This document shows positions 27,772 through 36,860 of a stretch of DNA of 64,000 bases, in pieces. The stretch spans positions 96,001-160,000 of IMG/VR virus record IMGVR_UViG_3300037067_027684, one strand, 5' to 3'. The position numbers and the translations under genes were made by a program. The notes below the pieces were generated by a model. That model worked only from the letters and a program-made list of their open reading frames with translations. It made no database searches and had not been told where the DNA came from. Positions within the stretch are counted from its first letter, which is position 1, and each line of letters opens with the position of its first letter. Source of the stretch: a virus. Lineage: Duplodnaviria > Caudoviricetes.

Positions 27772-28423
27772 TGAAGATAAGGAAATTGAGCATCCGTCAT
27801 TTGGTTTGATCGGTCTTGCTCGCACTTCTGGTGGTGCTAAATTGTTTGGGTCATCGGTTGACCATCACAATTATATTAGTCTTACGATTAGCCGAGCTAA
27901 GTTGGTTCGTGGTTTGCATCATGATCATTACTACTCTACGGAGGATATTATTGAGGTTGCTTTGTCGCCTAATCAATTGAGTGAATTGCTGATGAATATG
28001 AATGTTGCCGAGGGGGTTCCGTGTACACTTCATCGTATTCTTGTTGACGGGGTGTATCAAATGGTCCCTCAGCCTGATGAGGTTAGTTCGTCTACTAAGA
28101 CTTATGTTGATGAATTTAAGGAGCGTATGGCTAAGCTGGCTGAGCAGGCGGCTAGTTTGATTTCTCATGCAAGGTCTGTGGCTGAGAAACCCACTGCTAA
28201 TAAGACTGAGCGTCGTGAGTTGACTCATGAGTTGGAAATGATGGTTCAGGAGTTGAAGAATAATATGCCTTTCGCTCTTGAGAGTTATATTGAGCAGGTT
28301 GAGAAGGTTGTTACTCAGGCTAAGTCGGAGATTGAGGCTCATCGGGTGGCGATTGGTGGTACTGCTACGGTTAATCCCAAGTTGCTTGCTTTAGGGGAAT
28401 CTAAGGAGGTTAAGAATGCGTGA
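27764..28423 (+). CDS. Conserved phage hypothetical protein
   Basis: HPSFGLI..R.SG...LFGS; G.GVPCTL; N.PF coiled-coil region. Confidence 0.75.
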   Translation: MIDEDKEIEHPSFGLIGLARTSGGAKLFGSSVDHHNYISLTISRAKLVRGLHHDHYYSTEDIIEVALSPNQLSELLMNMNVAEGVPCTLHRILVDGVYQMVPQPDEVSSSTKTYVDEFKERMAKLAEQAASLISHARSVAEKPTANKTERRELTHELEMMVQELKNNMPFALESYIEQVEKVVTQAKSEIEAHRVAIGGTATVNPKLLALGESKEVKNA

Positions 28424-28595
28424 GATTAAGATAGTGATTTCTAAAGGTGGAAAGCTTAAGATGCTGGATAAGGATGGCACTTCGGCTCAATTTACCGAGA
28501 AGTTGGCCAAGGAACTTGGTCAAACTGAGGAGCGTCATAAAGGAGGAAATTACACTCAAAATGAGCAAAACACGGAAATCCAACAAGGCCATTAA
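28416..28595 (+). CDS. DUF2997-like small protein, copy 2 (59 aa, not in ORF track)
   Basis: AAGGAGG RBS; MREIKIVISKGGKLKMLDKDGTSAQFTEKLAKELGQTEERHKGG..., clearly paralogous to 27577. Confidence 0.7.
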   Translation: MREIKIVISKGGKLKMLDKDGTSAQFTEKLAKELGQTEERHKGGNYTQNEQNTEIQQGH

Positions 28596-28800
28596 GTGGC
28601 CGTCTCGGAAAGAGATTCGAGATAAAATGATCAAAGACTGTCCTCAACTAGCTGCTATTCCTCCTTCTGCCTTTAATTTCTATACTAAGGACGAGTGGGC
28701 AGCGATGGAGACAATATTCAGGTTGAAGGTTGAACAACCTAATAAATTCCAGAGGATAATTGATATCGTCAAGGCGAAACACTCGTCAGAAATCAAGTAA
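28561..28800 (+). CDS. Hypothetical protein
   Basis: ORF in tiling. Confidence 0.5.
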   Translation: MSKTRKSNKAIKWPSRKEIRDKMIKDCPQLAAIPPSAFNFYTKDEWAAMETIFRLKVEQPNKFQRIIDIVKAKHSSEIK

Positions 28801-28830
28801 GGAGTGGATAGAACTCTAAGGAGAAAAAGA

Positions 28831-29559
28831 ATGCCGACCTACATCTGCAAAGAACATGAGGACCGAGGTGAAGCAACCAATGCATTCTGGAAATATGAAC
28901 TTGAAGGAAGTACAGGAGTAACGATCCGGTTCGGTCGGATTGGTTTAAAAGGACAGGAAGTCAAGAAATCTTTTGATAGCCAATCTGCACGTGACAAATA
29001 TGTCAATGATAAAATCCGTGAGAAAACCCGTCACGGCTACCAACTTTCCAATGAGGAAACATTGGCGAAGGAGACACAGACGGCTAAGGAGCTTGGGACT
29101 CAGTATAAGATTCGCCGCATTCAGTGGGTTGCTAGGAAGGGTTCTAAGCTTAATTTCATTCTCAACTATGAGCCTACGCAATGGGTTTATGTTGAGATTC
29201 TGAATTCTTGGAAGGGTGACGTTACTCGTCTGATTCTCTCCAAGACTGAATCCCTTCAGATTGAGGGCACTGCTGAGTCTAACCGAGTCATTGAGTTTGA
29301 TTCTGTGCAATCTGCTCCGTCTGATTTCGCAAAGGCTGTGCGCAATTATTTGCGGAGTTTGGCTAAGAAGGTTGTGGCTGTCGCTCAGAAATTTGCAGCG
29401 ATGGGCAACCGTGCGTTGGATTTGGGGTTTGGTGATTCGGATGATGAAGAGCCTACACAGCAGGCTGCGGATCTTTACGAGCAGGTTGCTGAATCTGGGG
29501 CTACTGCTCAGGTCATTTCGAAGTTCGGTGGACTTGGTGAGCGTATGTTGGAGTTGTAG
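28831..29559 (+). CDS. WGR-domain protein with two C-terminal tags (MGNRALDL, LGERMLEL)
   Basis: FWKYEL...VTIRFGRIG..GQ...F...KIREKTRHGY. Confidence 0.8.
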   Translation: MPTYICKEHEDRGEATNAFWKYELEGSTGVTIRFGRIGLKGQEVKKSFDSQSARDKYVNDKIREKTRHGYQLSNEETLAKETQTAKELGTQYKIRRIQWVARKGSKLNFILNYEPTQWVYVEILNSWKGDVTRLILSKTESLQIEGTAESNRVIEFDSVQSAPSDFAKAVRNYLRSLAKKVVAVAQKFAAMGNRALDLGFGDSDDEEPTQQAADLYEQVAESGATAQVISKFGGLGERMLEL

Positions 29560-29594
29560 GGTCAAACCCAACCAAGGTTAAGTAGATTGAAATA

Positions 29595-30302
29595 TTATCC
29601 TGGTTGGTATTGGCTGACGTTTGCTGTGTAAATTGGAGCGCACCAAGTTGGTCCGTCGTTGAGGGTTGTGTAACTGCCATATGGTAGGGAGTCGCTACTA
29701 GATCCTTGCCATATGGCTCCAAACTGGTCATCGATCAGACAATAGAGGGTTATAACCCATCGACAATTAACAGTATCGTAACTCACGATTATTCTGAAAT
29801 CTTGTAGAATGGTGTAACCAATCCAGGAACATCGTGGATATCCTTCTTCTTCAGCCCGTGTCATTGGTGAAAGTATCATTAATTCACTACCAGTAAACGA
29901 GTTACTGCAACCACATATTTCTTGTTGGATGTAAACCGCAACTCCTTGGGCATCTAGGAATTGTACTGTGAGATATGTTAGATTAAATGTATCTATATCA
30001 AATGGACAAATACATGGTGTTGGATATGGGGATGGGGATGGAGATGGTGTTGGTGGGTATCCTGGGACTTCTTCCTTAATGGTTTCGCTGATGTGGTCTG
30101 CTGGGACGTTGCCGCAGCATTCTACTAGTCCTGGGGTTGTGTCTACGAACATTTCTACACTGCCGGTTAGGGCATTTAGAGTTACGCCTGGTATGGTTAG
30201 GGCAGTTGCTAGTGGTATTTCGTTGGCTCCGTAGTCAGGGATTATTACGAATCCATTTATGACTGGGAATCGTCTGACAATGGTGATGTCTTCAAAGCTC
30301 AT
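29595..30302 (-). CDS. Cys/Pro-rich hypothetical protein (possibly virion-associated)
   Basis: PPTPSPSPSP linker, many Cys; AAATAT upstream. Confidence 0.65.
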   Translation of the reverse strand: MSFEDITIVRRFPVINGFVIIPDYGANEIPLATALTIPGVTLNALTGSVEMFVDTTPGLVECCGNVPADHISETIKEEVPGYPPTPSPSPSPYPTPCICPFDIDTFNLTYLTVQFLDAQGVAVYIQQEICGCSNSFTGSELMILSPMTRAEEEGYPRCSWIGYTILQDFRIIVSYDTVNCRWVITLYCLIDDQFGAIWQGSSSDSLPYGSYTTLNDGPTWCAPIYTANVSQYQPG

Positions 30303-30339
30303 ATTAAGTACCCCATTTCCTAGACTATATTTGTCTTGG

Positions 30340-30474
30340 TGCTCCCGTTTATGTGATTGTGAGCGGTACTCCGGATGGTACCACCGTACCGGCGATACCG
30401 GTAGCTTGGCGTCCTGTAAACGGGACGGGGCGTGGTTTGGCCGGTCCGGACGGGTTCGGCGCGGGTTCTCCGCG
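30340..30474. other. GC-rich non-coding element, copy A
   Basis: Homologous to 48130-48330; shares GAGCGGT, GTACCGGC, TCCTGTAAACG, TCCGGACGGG; lies at a divergent gene junction. Confidence 0.65.
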
Positions 30475-30489
30475 AGAAAGGAACGTAAG

Positions 30490-30723
30490 ATGAAACACAG
30501 ACGACCTCCTCTTGATGATGAATGTGGATTAATCTGTATTATTCTTAAGGGTCATTACGTTGTTCCTGGTTCTTTTGGTCTAGGTAGTGCGGATTCGATT
30601 AGGCGATTTATGATGCTTCCTGGTAATGGGAAGTACATGGATAGTGGTTACGATGGAATGAAGAAGGATGGCTACAGGTTGGCTGATGTTCGTCTCAAGG
30701 TTGTGGGTATTAAAGAGATTTGA
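30490..30723 (+). CDS. Hypothetical protein
   Basis: AAGGA RBS before ATG 30490. Confidence 0.55.
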   Translation: MKHRRPPLDDECGLICIILKGHYVVPGSFGLGSADSIRRFMMLPGNGKYMDSGYDGMKKDGYRLADVRLKVVGIKEI

Positions 30724-30736
30724 TAAGGAGTCTAAG

Positions 30737-30925
30737 ATGAAATGTCAAGTTTGTCATGGTAAGGGTTGGTCTACTTTCGATTATGATGGTAAACCTACCA
30801 TTCAGCGTTGTGACGCTTGTATGAAATTCAATTCAGATGTTGCTGCAGCCAAGGAAGCTAAGAAGACTGGTATTAATGTCCGTCTTCGGTATCCATGTTT
30901 CATTCAGCGCCCGTATTTCAAATGA
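30737..30925 (+). CDS. Small Zn-finger protein
   Basis: CQVCHGKGW...IQRCDAC. Confidence 0.65.
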   Translation: MKCQVCHGKGWSTFDYDGKPTIQRCDACMKFNSDVAAAKEAKKTGINVRLRYPCFIQRPYFK

Positions 30926-30952
30926 CGCATTTGGAATAAGGAGAAATTTTTC

Positions 30953-31183
30953 ATGGAACTTTCTAAGGCAGATCTGGATGATTTGGGCTTTAAGGTTATT
31001 GAGAAGGATCGAGGTTTTGGAGGTAAAGCTTGGAATCTAGTTAGGATTCAGTTGGAATCTGATGGTATTTATGATACTGAACCTGATGTTGTCTTCTTTA
31101 AGAAGGGTTCTCGGGAATTTGTGTTGGTTGGTTGTGCTTTGGAGGGGCATGGTACGTTTCGGATTTATGAGGTGAAATTATGA
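30953..31183 (+). CDS. Hypothetical protein
   Basis: AAGGAG RBS. Confidence 0.6.
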   Translation: MELSKADLDDLGFKVIEKDRGFGGKAWNLVRIQLESDGIYDTEPDVVFFKKGSREFVLVGCALEGHGTFRIYEVKL

Positions 31184-31446
31184 ATGGCATTCCGCGATAT
31201 CGTTTTCAGGATGAAGTATCAGAAGATTTGAGGGGTCTGCCTAAGGGCGATTGTGAATGGCCAGGATATTCTGTCGTCTGGGATAGGCTGCAATCAATAG
31301 CATTGAAAATGGCCATGAGTAAAGGACATAATTATTTGTCCGAAGACCATTTGCATACTATGGCTGTTCTTGGTTGTGGTCATGAGGAGACAATGAAGGG
31401 TTGGCTTCTGCACCTTACGGATATTGGGTGGAAATGGGAGAAATAA
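31180..31446 (+). CDS. Hypothetical protein
   Basis: ATGA coupling. Confidence 0.6.
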   Translation: MNGIPRYRFQDEVSEDLRGLPKGDCEWPGYSVVWDRLQSIALKMAMSKGHNYLSEDHLHTMAVLGCGHEETMKGWLLHLTDIGWKWEK

Positions 31447-31449
31447 CAA

Positions 31450-31740
31450 ATGCTCTACTTAATCATTGGTAACCAAGTTTCATTCATGGATAATGGACTC
31501 TCATGTGATAATGATGGAACTAGTATTTGGCTTGTTGAGGGCGAACAAGAAGCGAAGAAAAGCGCTCAGGATTGGTGGGATAAGAAATTAGTCCCAAAAG
31601 AAGAAGACGATGATGATACGGAAGTATACCTTAACATTAAGATATTCCCTGCTATAAATGGTTTGTCATTTAATCATGATGGAACTACACAAGCAAAGTC
31701 AATCTTCGAACTGGAATCAGATAGGATGAATAACACATGA
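31450..31740 (+). CDS. Hypothetical protein with internal NGLSxxxDGT repeat
   Basis: NGLSCDNDGT and NGLSFNHDGT. Confidence 0.6.
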   Translation: MLYLIIGNQVSFMDNGLSCDNDGTSIWLVEGEQEAKKSAQDWWDKKLVPKEEDDDDTEVYLNIKIFPAINGLSFNHDGTTQAKSIFELESDRMNNT

Positions 31741-31940
31741 TTGAACAGGTTCTTCAAGAAATAATTGACAGTCTACCTCCTGTTGATAAGAAAGAGGAAC
31801 TAGATTCTTACCTGGAGAGTGTTCGGAACGAGGAAGAAGATATTGGTATCCTCAAGATGATTCCTGAAGAAGAGATTGCCCTTTACAACCTCCCTAAAAA
31901 CCCGAGCAGATGCCATGAGCAGGTCGGAGGACAGGAATGA
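31737..31940 (+). CDS. Hypothetical protein
   Basis: ATGA coupling. Confidence 0.5.
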   Translation: MIEQVLQEIIDSLPPVDKKEELDSYLESVRNEEEDIGILKMIPEEEIALYNLPKNPSRCHEQVGGQE

Positions 31941-32194
31941 AGAGTTTTAGGTCTGCGATTGTTATGTCAATTACTATGACGATTATTGCTGCTATCTCTA
32001 TAGCAATCTATTGTCTAGTTATCTATGTCTTCCCGCGAAGCAATGAGAATGTGGTAGATCCTGCTTCGTCGTTGATGTCAGAGGTTGGCGGAAAACATTC
32101 GTTTGCAGTTTATCGAATTACGATTGATGGAAATAACTACCTTGTTGCCAGAGGCTTTAATGGGATTTCAATAATTCCAGAGACCAAGAAGTGA
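31937..32194 (+). CDS. Single-TM membrane protein
   Basis: N-terminal hydrophobic helix. Confidence 0.6.
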   Translation: MKSFRSAIVMSITMTIIAAISIAIYCLVIYVFPRSNENVVDPASSLMSEVGGKHSFAVYRITIDGNNYLVARGFNGISIIPETKK

Positions 32195-32201
32195 GGTAAG
32201 G

Positions 32202-32540
32202 ATGTTGGTTGCAATAGTCGGCTCTAGATCACTCTCCCCTGACGATAAGGCTATCGCCAGACATTTGCCAGGCGACACAACAGGTATTATATCAGGTGGA
32301 GCTATTGGAGTTGACAGAGCAGCCGCCCAATACGCAAGGTCACATAACTTAACCCTTCGTGAATTCTTGCCAGATTATGAAATTTACGGGCGTAGAGCGC
32401 CATTGGTTCGCAATCAATCAATTGTGGATCAAGCTGATTACTTGCTTGCATTTTGGGATGGTAAGTCAAAAGGAACTGCCCACACAATCGGAATTGCCAA
32501 GAAAAAGGGAATTCCAATTAAAATCGTTAGGAGGAAATAA
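32202..32540 (+). CDS. SLOG-superfamily protein (YspA/DUF2493-like)
   Basis: VAIVGSR, IISGGAIGVD, PLVRNQSIV, AFWDGKSKGT. Confidence 0.85.
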   Translation: MLVAIVGSRSLSPDDKAIARHLPGDTTGIISGGAIGVDRAAAQYARSHNLTLREFLPDYEIYGRRAPLVRNQSIVDQADYLLAFWDGKSKGTAHTIGIAKKKGIPIKIVRRK

Positions 32541-32781
32541 TGACTCCTACCAAACGCCTATATCAGAAATCACACAGTCCGTACGATACTTGGGAATCGT
32601 GTCAGGTGCCTGAGAAAAGATCGTCTGTCTGCTTTAATTGTGGGTGGCTAAAGAGGCATCATCTAACTACCAAACTCCTAAAGAAGATTAAGAAGGCAGT
32701 TCGCAAAGCAACTAAGGGATTCGTCTTTGATGGTCCTAAGACCCAAATCATTACGCTCACTCTAAGGAGGAAATAATGACT
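32529..32781 (+). repeat. 17-bp direct repeats bracketing gene 32540..32776
   Basis: AGGAGGAAATAATGACT at 32529-32545 and 32765-32781. Confidence 0.65.
32540..32776 (+). CDS. Hypothetical protein
   Basis: TAATG coupling at both ends. Confidence 0.55.
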   Translation: MTPTKRLYQKSHSPYDTWESCQVPEKRSSVCFNCGWLKRHHLTTKLLKKIKKAVRKATKGFVFDGPKTQIITLTLRRK

Positions 32782-34734
32782 GACCAGGAACTGGAGACAG
32801 AAGTCAAGACCCTTGAAGAAGCCGCCAAGTATTACTACAACGCACCCGATGAAGTTACGATGGAAGACGCAGAATATGATCGGCGAGTAGACTACCTCAA
32901 GGCAAATCACCCTGAACATCCGCTAGTCAAACCCTTCCTTCAAAAGGTTGGCGCTCGCCCGTTGGGTGTAGTGATCAAGCATGATTATCCGGTTGGCTCT
33001 CAGGAGAAGTTGAAGACCAGGGAAGAATTCTATTCGTGGTGTCTTAATGTTTTGGCTAAGCATAAGGGTCCTAAGAAGCCTTTTGTCCTACAGTGGAAGT
33101 TGGATGGTGGCACGATTGTGCTTACTTATGAGAATGGTCGCTTGCTCCGTGCGGTGACGCGGGGAACTGGAATTGAGGGCGAAGATGTTACCGAGAATGC
33201 TCTCAAGATGAAGAATGTTAAGAAGAATCTTCCAGGATTCTCTGGTACTCTCCGTGGTGAGTGTTTGATTTCGAAGAGTGATTTTGAGCGTGTTTTCAAA
33301 CCTCTTGGTTATAAGAATCCGAGAAATACCGCAACTGGTCTTACTCGTGATCAGAAGGGTGGGAGTCTCCAGAAGGATATTATTGTTAAGTATTTCGATC
33401 TTATTCAGAATGTGGCTAAGCTTGAGACTGAGATGGAAAATATTAACTTCATCAATGGGTCTTTGGTGTTGGAAACTGTTGAAACTGAAGAGTTTGACAA
33501 TCCCGATACGCTTTGGGCTGCTATCAAGAGGATGGAGGAGCAGCGTCCGGATTATCAATATGAGGTTGATGGTGTGATCGTTCGGGCTAATAGTTTGGAA
33601 CTTCAAGAAGAGATGGGAATGAGTTCTGATCTTCGTCCGCGTATGCAAAGGTGTGTCAAGTTCCAGGCGCAAAGTGCTGTTACTCAACTACTTGGTATTA
33701 CGTGGTCTTTGGGACATACTGGGGCGCATATTCCAACTGGCAATGTTAAGCCTGTGGAGATTGGTGGGGTCACGGTTAGTAATGTTCTTTTGAATAATCC
33801 GACTTATATGAAGGAGTTGGATCTTGAGATTGGCGATACTTTCTTGATTGAAAGAGCGGGTGATGTTATTCCGCATGCGGCTAAAGTTCTTGATAGGTCT
33901 GGTAGGACTGGTACGGTTGTCCCGACTGTTTGTATTGCTTGTGGTGGTCCTCTGGTTACTGAGGGTGCCTTCCTTCTGTGTAAGAATGAGGAGTGTGAGG
34001 GTAAGGCTATTCGCCGTTTGAAGAATTGGGTTTCTAAAAGATCGATCAAGTTCCTTGGTGATACTTTGATTGAGGAGTTGTGGGATAATCATAACATTAA
34101 GGAGCCTCAGGATTTGTATAAGTTGACTGAGGAATTTTTGGCTACTGTGGGTAGGGGTGCGGGAGTGGTTGGTTCTTCTTCTGTTTTGATTATGTCTGAG
34201 ATTAATAAGTCGAAGAAGTGTTCTTTGCCTGATTTTCTTGGGTCGTTGTGCATTAAGTTCTTGGGTCGGCGTCAGGTTGAGATTGTGATGGAATCTGCTC
34301 CTTCGGTTGGTGTGAAGGCTGATACTTTGGAATCATGGTTGGTGATGAAGGTTGAGGATTTGGTGAAGGTTCCTGGGTTTGCTGCTGATGGTTCTAAGGC
34401 TGGTGCGATTATTGAGGGTATCAAGAAGGCTCGTCCTACTATTTCTGGTTTGTTGTCTGCTGGTGTTGAGGTTAAGGAGCCTGTTCAGGTTGAGACTATT
34501 GCTGGTCATCCTTTTAATGGCAAGTCTGTGTGTTTTACGGGGGTTAGGATGAAGCCTTCTGAGGCTGAGCGGTTTAGGGCTGTTGGGGCTATTGAGAAGT
34601 CTGGTGTGTCTAAGGGTCTTGACTTTTTGGTCGCCAAAGATACTACATCTTCTTCTAATAAGGCTGAGAAGGCCAAGGCTCTTGGGACGGAGATTCTTGG
34701 GTGGGATGATTTTTTAAGGATTCTTAACTCATGA
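32776..34734 (+). CDS. ligA: NAD-dependent DNA ligase
   Basis: YY...DAEYD domain Ia, KLDG, TRGTGIEGEDVT, NPRN, DGVIV, RAGDVIP, C4 Zn finger, HhH, C-terminal BRCT. Confidence 0.95.
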   Translation: MTDQELETEVKTLEEAAKYYYNAPDEVTMEDAEYDRRVDYLKANHPEHPLVKPFLQKVGARPLGVVIKHDYPVGSQEKLKTREEFYSWCLNVLAKHKGPKKPFVLQWKLDGGTIVLTYENGRLLRAVTRGTGIEGEDVTENALKMKNVKKNLPGFSGTLRGECLISKSDFERVFKPLGYKNPRNTATGLTRDQKGGSLQKDIIVKYFDLIQNVAKLETEMENINFINGSLVLETVETEEFDNPDTLWAAIKRMEEQRPDYQYEVDGVIVRANSLELQEEMGMSSDLRPRMQRCVKFQAQSAVTQLLGITWSLGHTGAHIPTGNVKPVEIGGVTVSNVLLNNPTYMKELDLEIGDTFLIERAGDVIPHAAKVLDRSGRTGTVVPTVCIACGGPLVTEGAFLLCKNEECEGKAIRRLKNWVSKRSIKFLGDTLIEELWDNHNIKEPQDLYKLTEEFLATVGRGAGVVGSSSVLIMSEINKSKKCSLPDFLGSLCIKFLGRRQVEIVMESAPSVGVKADTLESWLVMKVEDLVKVPGFAADGSKAGAIIEGIKKARPTISGLLSAGVEVKEPVQVETIAGHPFNGKSVCFTGVRMKPSEAERFRAVGAIEKSGVSKGLDFLVAKDTTSSSNKAEKAKALGTEILGWDDFLRILNS

Positions 34735-35117
34735 AGAAAAACAAAAAGAAGTGTAATTGTGGAGTCTGTAAATTTAGCAGGCGTTTTAGTAAGTGGCGTG
34801 ATAAGCTTCCTAAATCAGCGTTGAAGTTCGCTGATGAGTTGTACGAGCGTATGGCTAATTTTGAGGATGACGCTGGTTATTATCATGCGATTGTCGATGG
34901 TTCGTGGTTAGATGCTGATAGGATCATCAAACACGCAAGAGAAAAGCGTCAGGAGACTTGTAAAGTGCGTAAGGTTGAGAAGAAGGTTGATGGCCCGACT
35001 TATACTCCTCCTGGTTTGAAGGTTGATGGTTACTCGGGTAAGATTTTGTCTCGTCCTCAAGCTCTTGATAAGGCTACTGAGAAGGCGTTCTACGATGGCT
35101 TGAAGAAGATCAAGTAA
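34731..35117 (+). CDS. Hypothetical protein
   Basis: ATGA coupling; CNCGVC. Confidence 0.6.
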   Translation: MKKNKKKCNCGVCKFSRRFSKWRDKLPKSALKFADELYERMANFEDDAGYYHAIVDGSWLDADRIIKHAREKRQETCKVRKVEKKVDGPTYTPPGLKVDGYSGKILSRPQALDKATEKAFYDGLKKIK

Positions 35118-35141
35118 ACATGGTGTACAAATGGAGGTCAC

Positions 35142-35555
35142 ATGATTCATGAACTTGGCGATTTTCCGAAGTATGCGCCTAACCCACCACCTTGGAGTGT
35201 CACCTATGTCAACGATCAATGTGAGGGATACGAGGCTTTCACGGTACTCCCAGTTGCCCACACTGTTGGTCTAGAGAAGTTGGGTTATCCTGAGTTGATG
35301 ATCAGAAAATCGTCGCCTGGTCAAGCGGCTTACTTGCTTGATATAATTGGTATTTGGTTCATGGATAATCACAATAAAGTTGGTCGGTTGGATGAGTTTT
35401 TGGTTTTTGGTGAGAAGTTTAAGGTTATACCAGTGGTTATTGGTAACACACCTTGGCTTAGGTTATCTTGGTATAAAGATGATGATGAGGATTTTGCTTC
35501 AGTTGAGGATTTCAAGGTTGCTTGTGTCAGTCGGCGTATTCCTAATTCGTTTTAG
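35142..35555 (+). CDS. DUF4262-like protein
   Basis: WSVTYV...AHTVGL...GYPELMI. Confidence 0.55.
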   Translation: MIHELGDFPKYAPNPPPWSVTYVNDQCEGYEAFTVLPVAHTVGLEKLGYPELMIRKSSPGQAAYLLDIIGIWFMDNHNKVGRLDEFLVFGEKFKVIPVVIGNTPWLRLSWYKDDDEDFASVEDFKVACVSRRIPNSF

Positions 35556-35558
35556 GGG

Positions 35559-35993
35559 TTGAATATGGATAAAAGAGAGGCTTTTAGATTGGTTTTTAAT
35601 CGAGAGAATAGGTTGTTTAAATTAAGGAAGTTGTGCGCTCCTAAGAAAATTCTTGATAATGAGGAGAGGTTATTCAATCTGGCTAAAGAACGTCTTTCGA
35701 GTTTTGGTGCTACTTGGGCTGACTATGAAAAGTTTCGCGCCTATTATGGTGTAGTCTTTGAGTTAGAACAGGTTGAATTTGATATTGCAGATGATTGTTT
35801 GACCAATCTTCTTGCTCTTCAGAAAGATTCTCCTCAATGTCCTCATATTGAGGAGAATCATAGACCAGATGGTAGAATTCCATGTGGACCTTTGTGTTCT
35901 TTTTATAAGAAGGCTTCAGATAAACAGAATAGTGATTTTGCTAATCGCATTGATATTATAACTGGTGAATCTTTGCCTCTTAACGAGGTTTAG
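35559..35993 (+). CDS. Hypothetical protein
   Basis: ORF in tiling. Confidence 0.6.
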   Translation: MNMDKREAFRLVFNRENRLFKLRKLCAPKKILDNEERLFNLAKERLSSFGATWADYEKFRAYYGVVFELEQVEFDIADDCLTNLLALQKDSPQCPHIEENHRPDGRIPCGPLCSFYKKASDKQNSDFANRIDIITGESLPLNEV

Positions 35994-35995
35994 TA

Positions 35996-36023
35996 CCTCC
36001 CTATAGAATCGAGAAAGTGCCAC
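35996..36023 (+). promoter_or_regulatory. CCTCCC-N16-TGCCAC motif copy 6
   Basis: cctccc tatagaatcgagaaag tgccac; intergenic. Confidence 0.65.
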
Positions 36024-36055
36024 AAGACGGTAGGACAAGAATAGGAGGATTGCTC

Positions 36056-36274
36056 ATGGATGATAAGACACATCCGTGCCCTATCTGTGGCTGCTCAGTC
36101 CCAGATGAAAGAACGGAGTTGACTGGTGCGGAGACTTGTATTCAACACACGTTTCAAAGGCCAAAGCCGTTGGGGATTGTTGAATACGCGGAGAAGGCTG
36201 GGGGAGTTCTCTTCATCACTGAAGATCGGAAGGTTTTTGAGATGTTGAAGCGTCCAGCGAATAGGAGGCGATGA
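36056..36274 (+). CDS. Small Zn-finger protein (DksA/TraR C4-like spacing)
   Basis: CPICG..VPDERTEL.GAETCIQH; AGGAGG RBS. Confidence 0.55.
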   Translation: MDDKTHPCPICGCSVPDERTELTGAETCIQHTFQRPKPLGIVEYAEKAGGVLFITEDRKVFEMLKRPANRRR

Positions 36275-36555
36275 TGAAGAAACGCAAATTGACTAAGAAG
36301 GAATTGAATTTCATTAAGAATAACGTCGAATTTCGTTGCTATGAACAAGGTGATATACTGTTTGCTGAATTCACAGTCCATCTTGGTGTTTTTGATGATG
36401 CTACTAAGAACATGATGAAGCTTTATAATAAGCCTGTGAAGTGTCTCTCTATTAAACAAGCAATCGCCTTGTTGAAGCGTCTAGCTATTGACGAGCAAAA
36501 TAAAATGCTCGTCAATTTTTCAAATGGTTCGAACGGCATAGTGGAGATTAAGTGA
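36271..36555 (+). CDS. Hypothetical protein
   Basis: ATGA coupling. Confidence 0.55.
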   Translation: MMKKRKLTKKELNFIKNNVEFRCYEQGDILFAEFTVHLGVFDDATKNMMKLYNKPVKCLSIKQAIALLKRLAIDEQNKMLVNFSNGSNGIVEIK

Positions 36556-36860
36556 TGAAATTCGATGAAACCAATACCGAGTTCGTTCTATCACTAGTAC
36601 ATCAGCTAATGCAAGCTCGCCCTGATAAGTTCAGGGATGTTGTTGATGCGGCAGTCGAAGGTGTTAAAGTCTATGCTGAGAAGCAGAGTGATACTTCTTC
36701 GGCGTTGGCAGCGCGATTGATTACTGTTCTTGAGTTGAACAAGATTTCTGACACTGGGAATTTCACTCCGAAGGAAGTGCTTTCGGTGCTTGAGCCAAAT
36801 TACGGTGGGACGCCAGCACTTAAGGCGCTCCACAAGAAACTCACAAAGGAGGCAAAATGA
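36552..36860 (+). CDS. Hypothetical protein
   Basis: Coupled ORF. Confidence 0.6.
   Translation: MMKFDETNTEFVLSLVHQLMQARPDKFRDVVDAAVEGVKVYAEKQSDTSSALAARLITVLELNKISDTGNFTPKEVLSVLEPNYGGTPALKALHKKLTKEAK

Noticed and set aside
30259-30489. Coding interpretation of the GC-rich elements (also ORFs 48147..48458 and 48150..48368)
   Set aside because: Arg/Gly-rich translations without RBS, and composition unlike real genes. The true start is at 30490.
7602-36023. Motif read as a sigma54 promoter on the minus strand (TGGCA...)
   Set aside because: The -12 TTGC element is absent in all six copies. Kept only as an unassigned motif.
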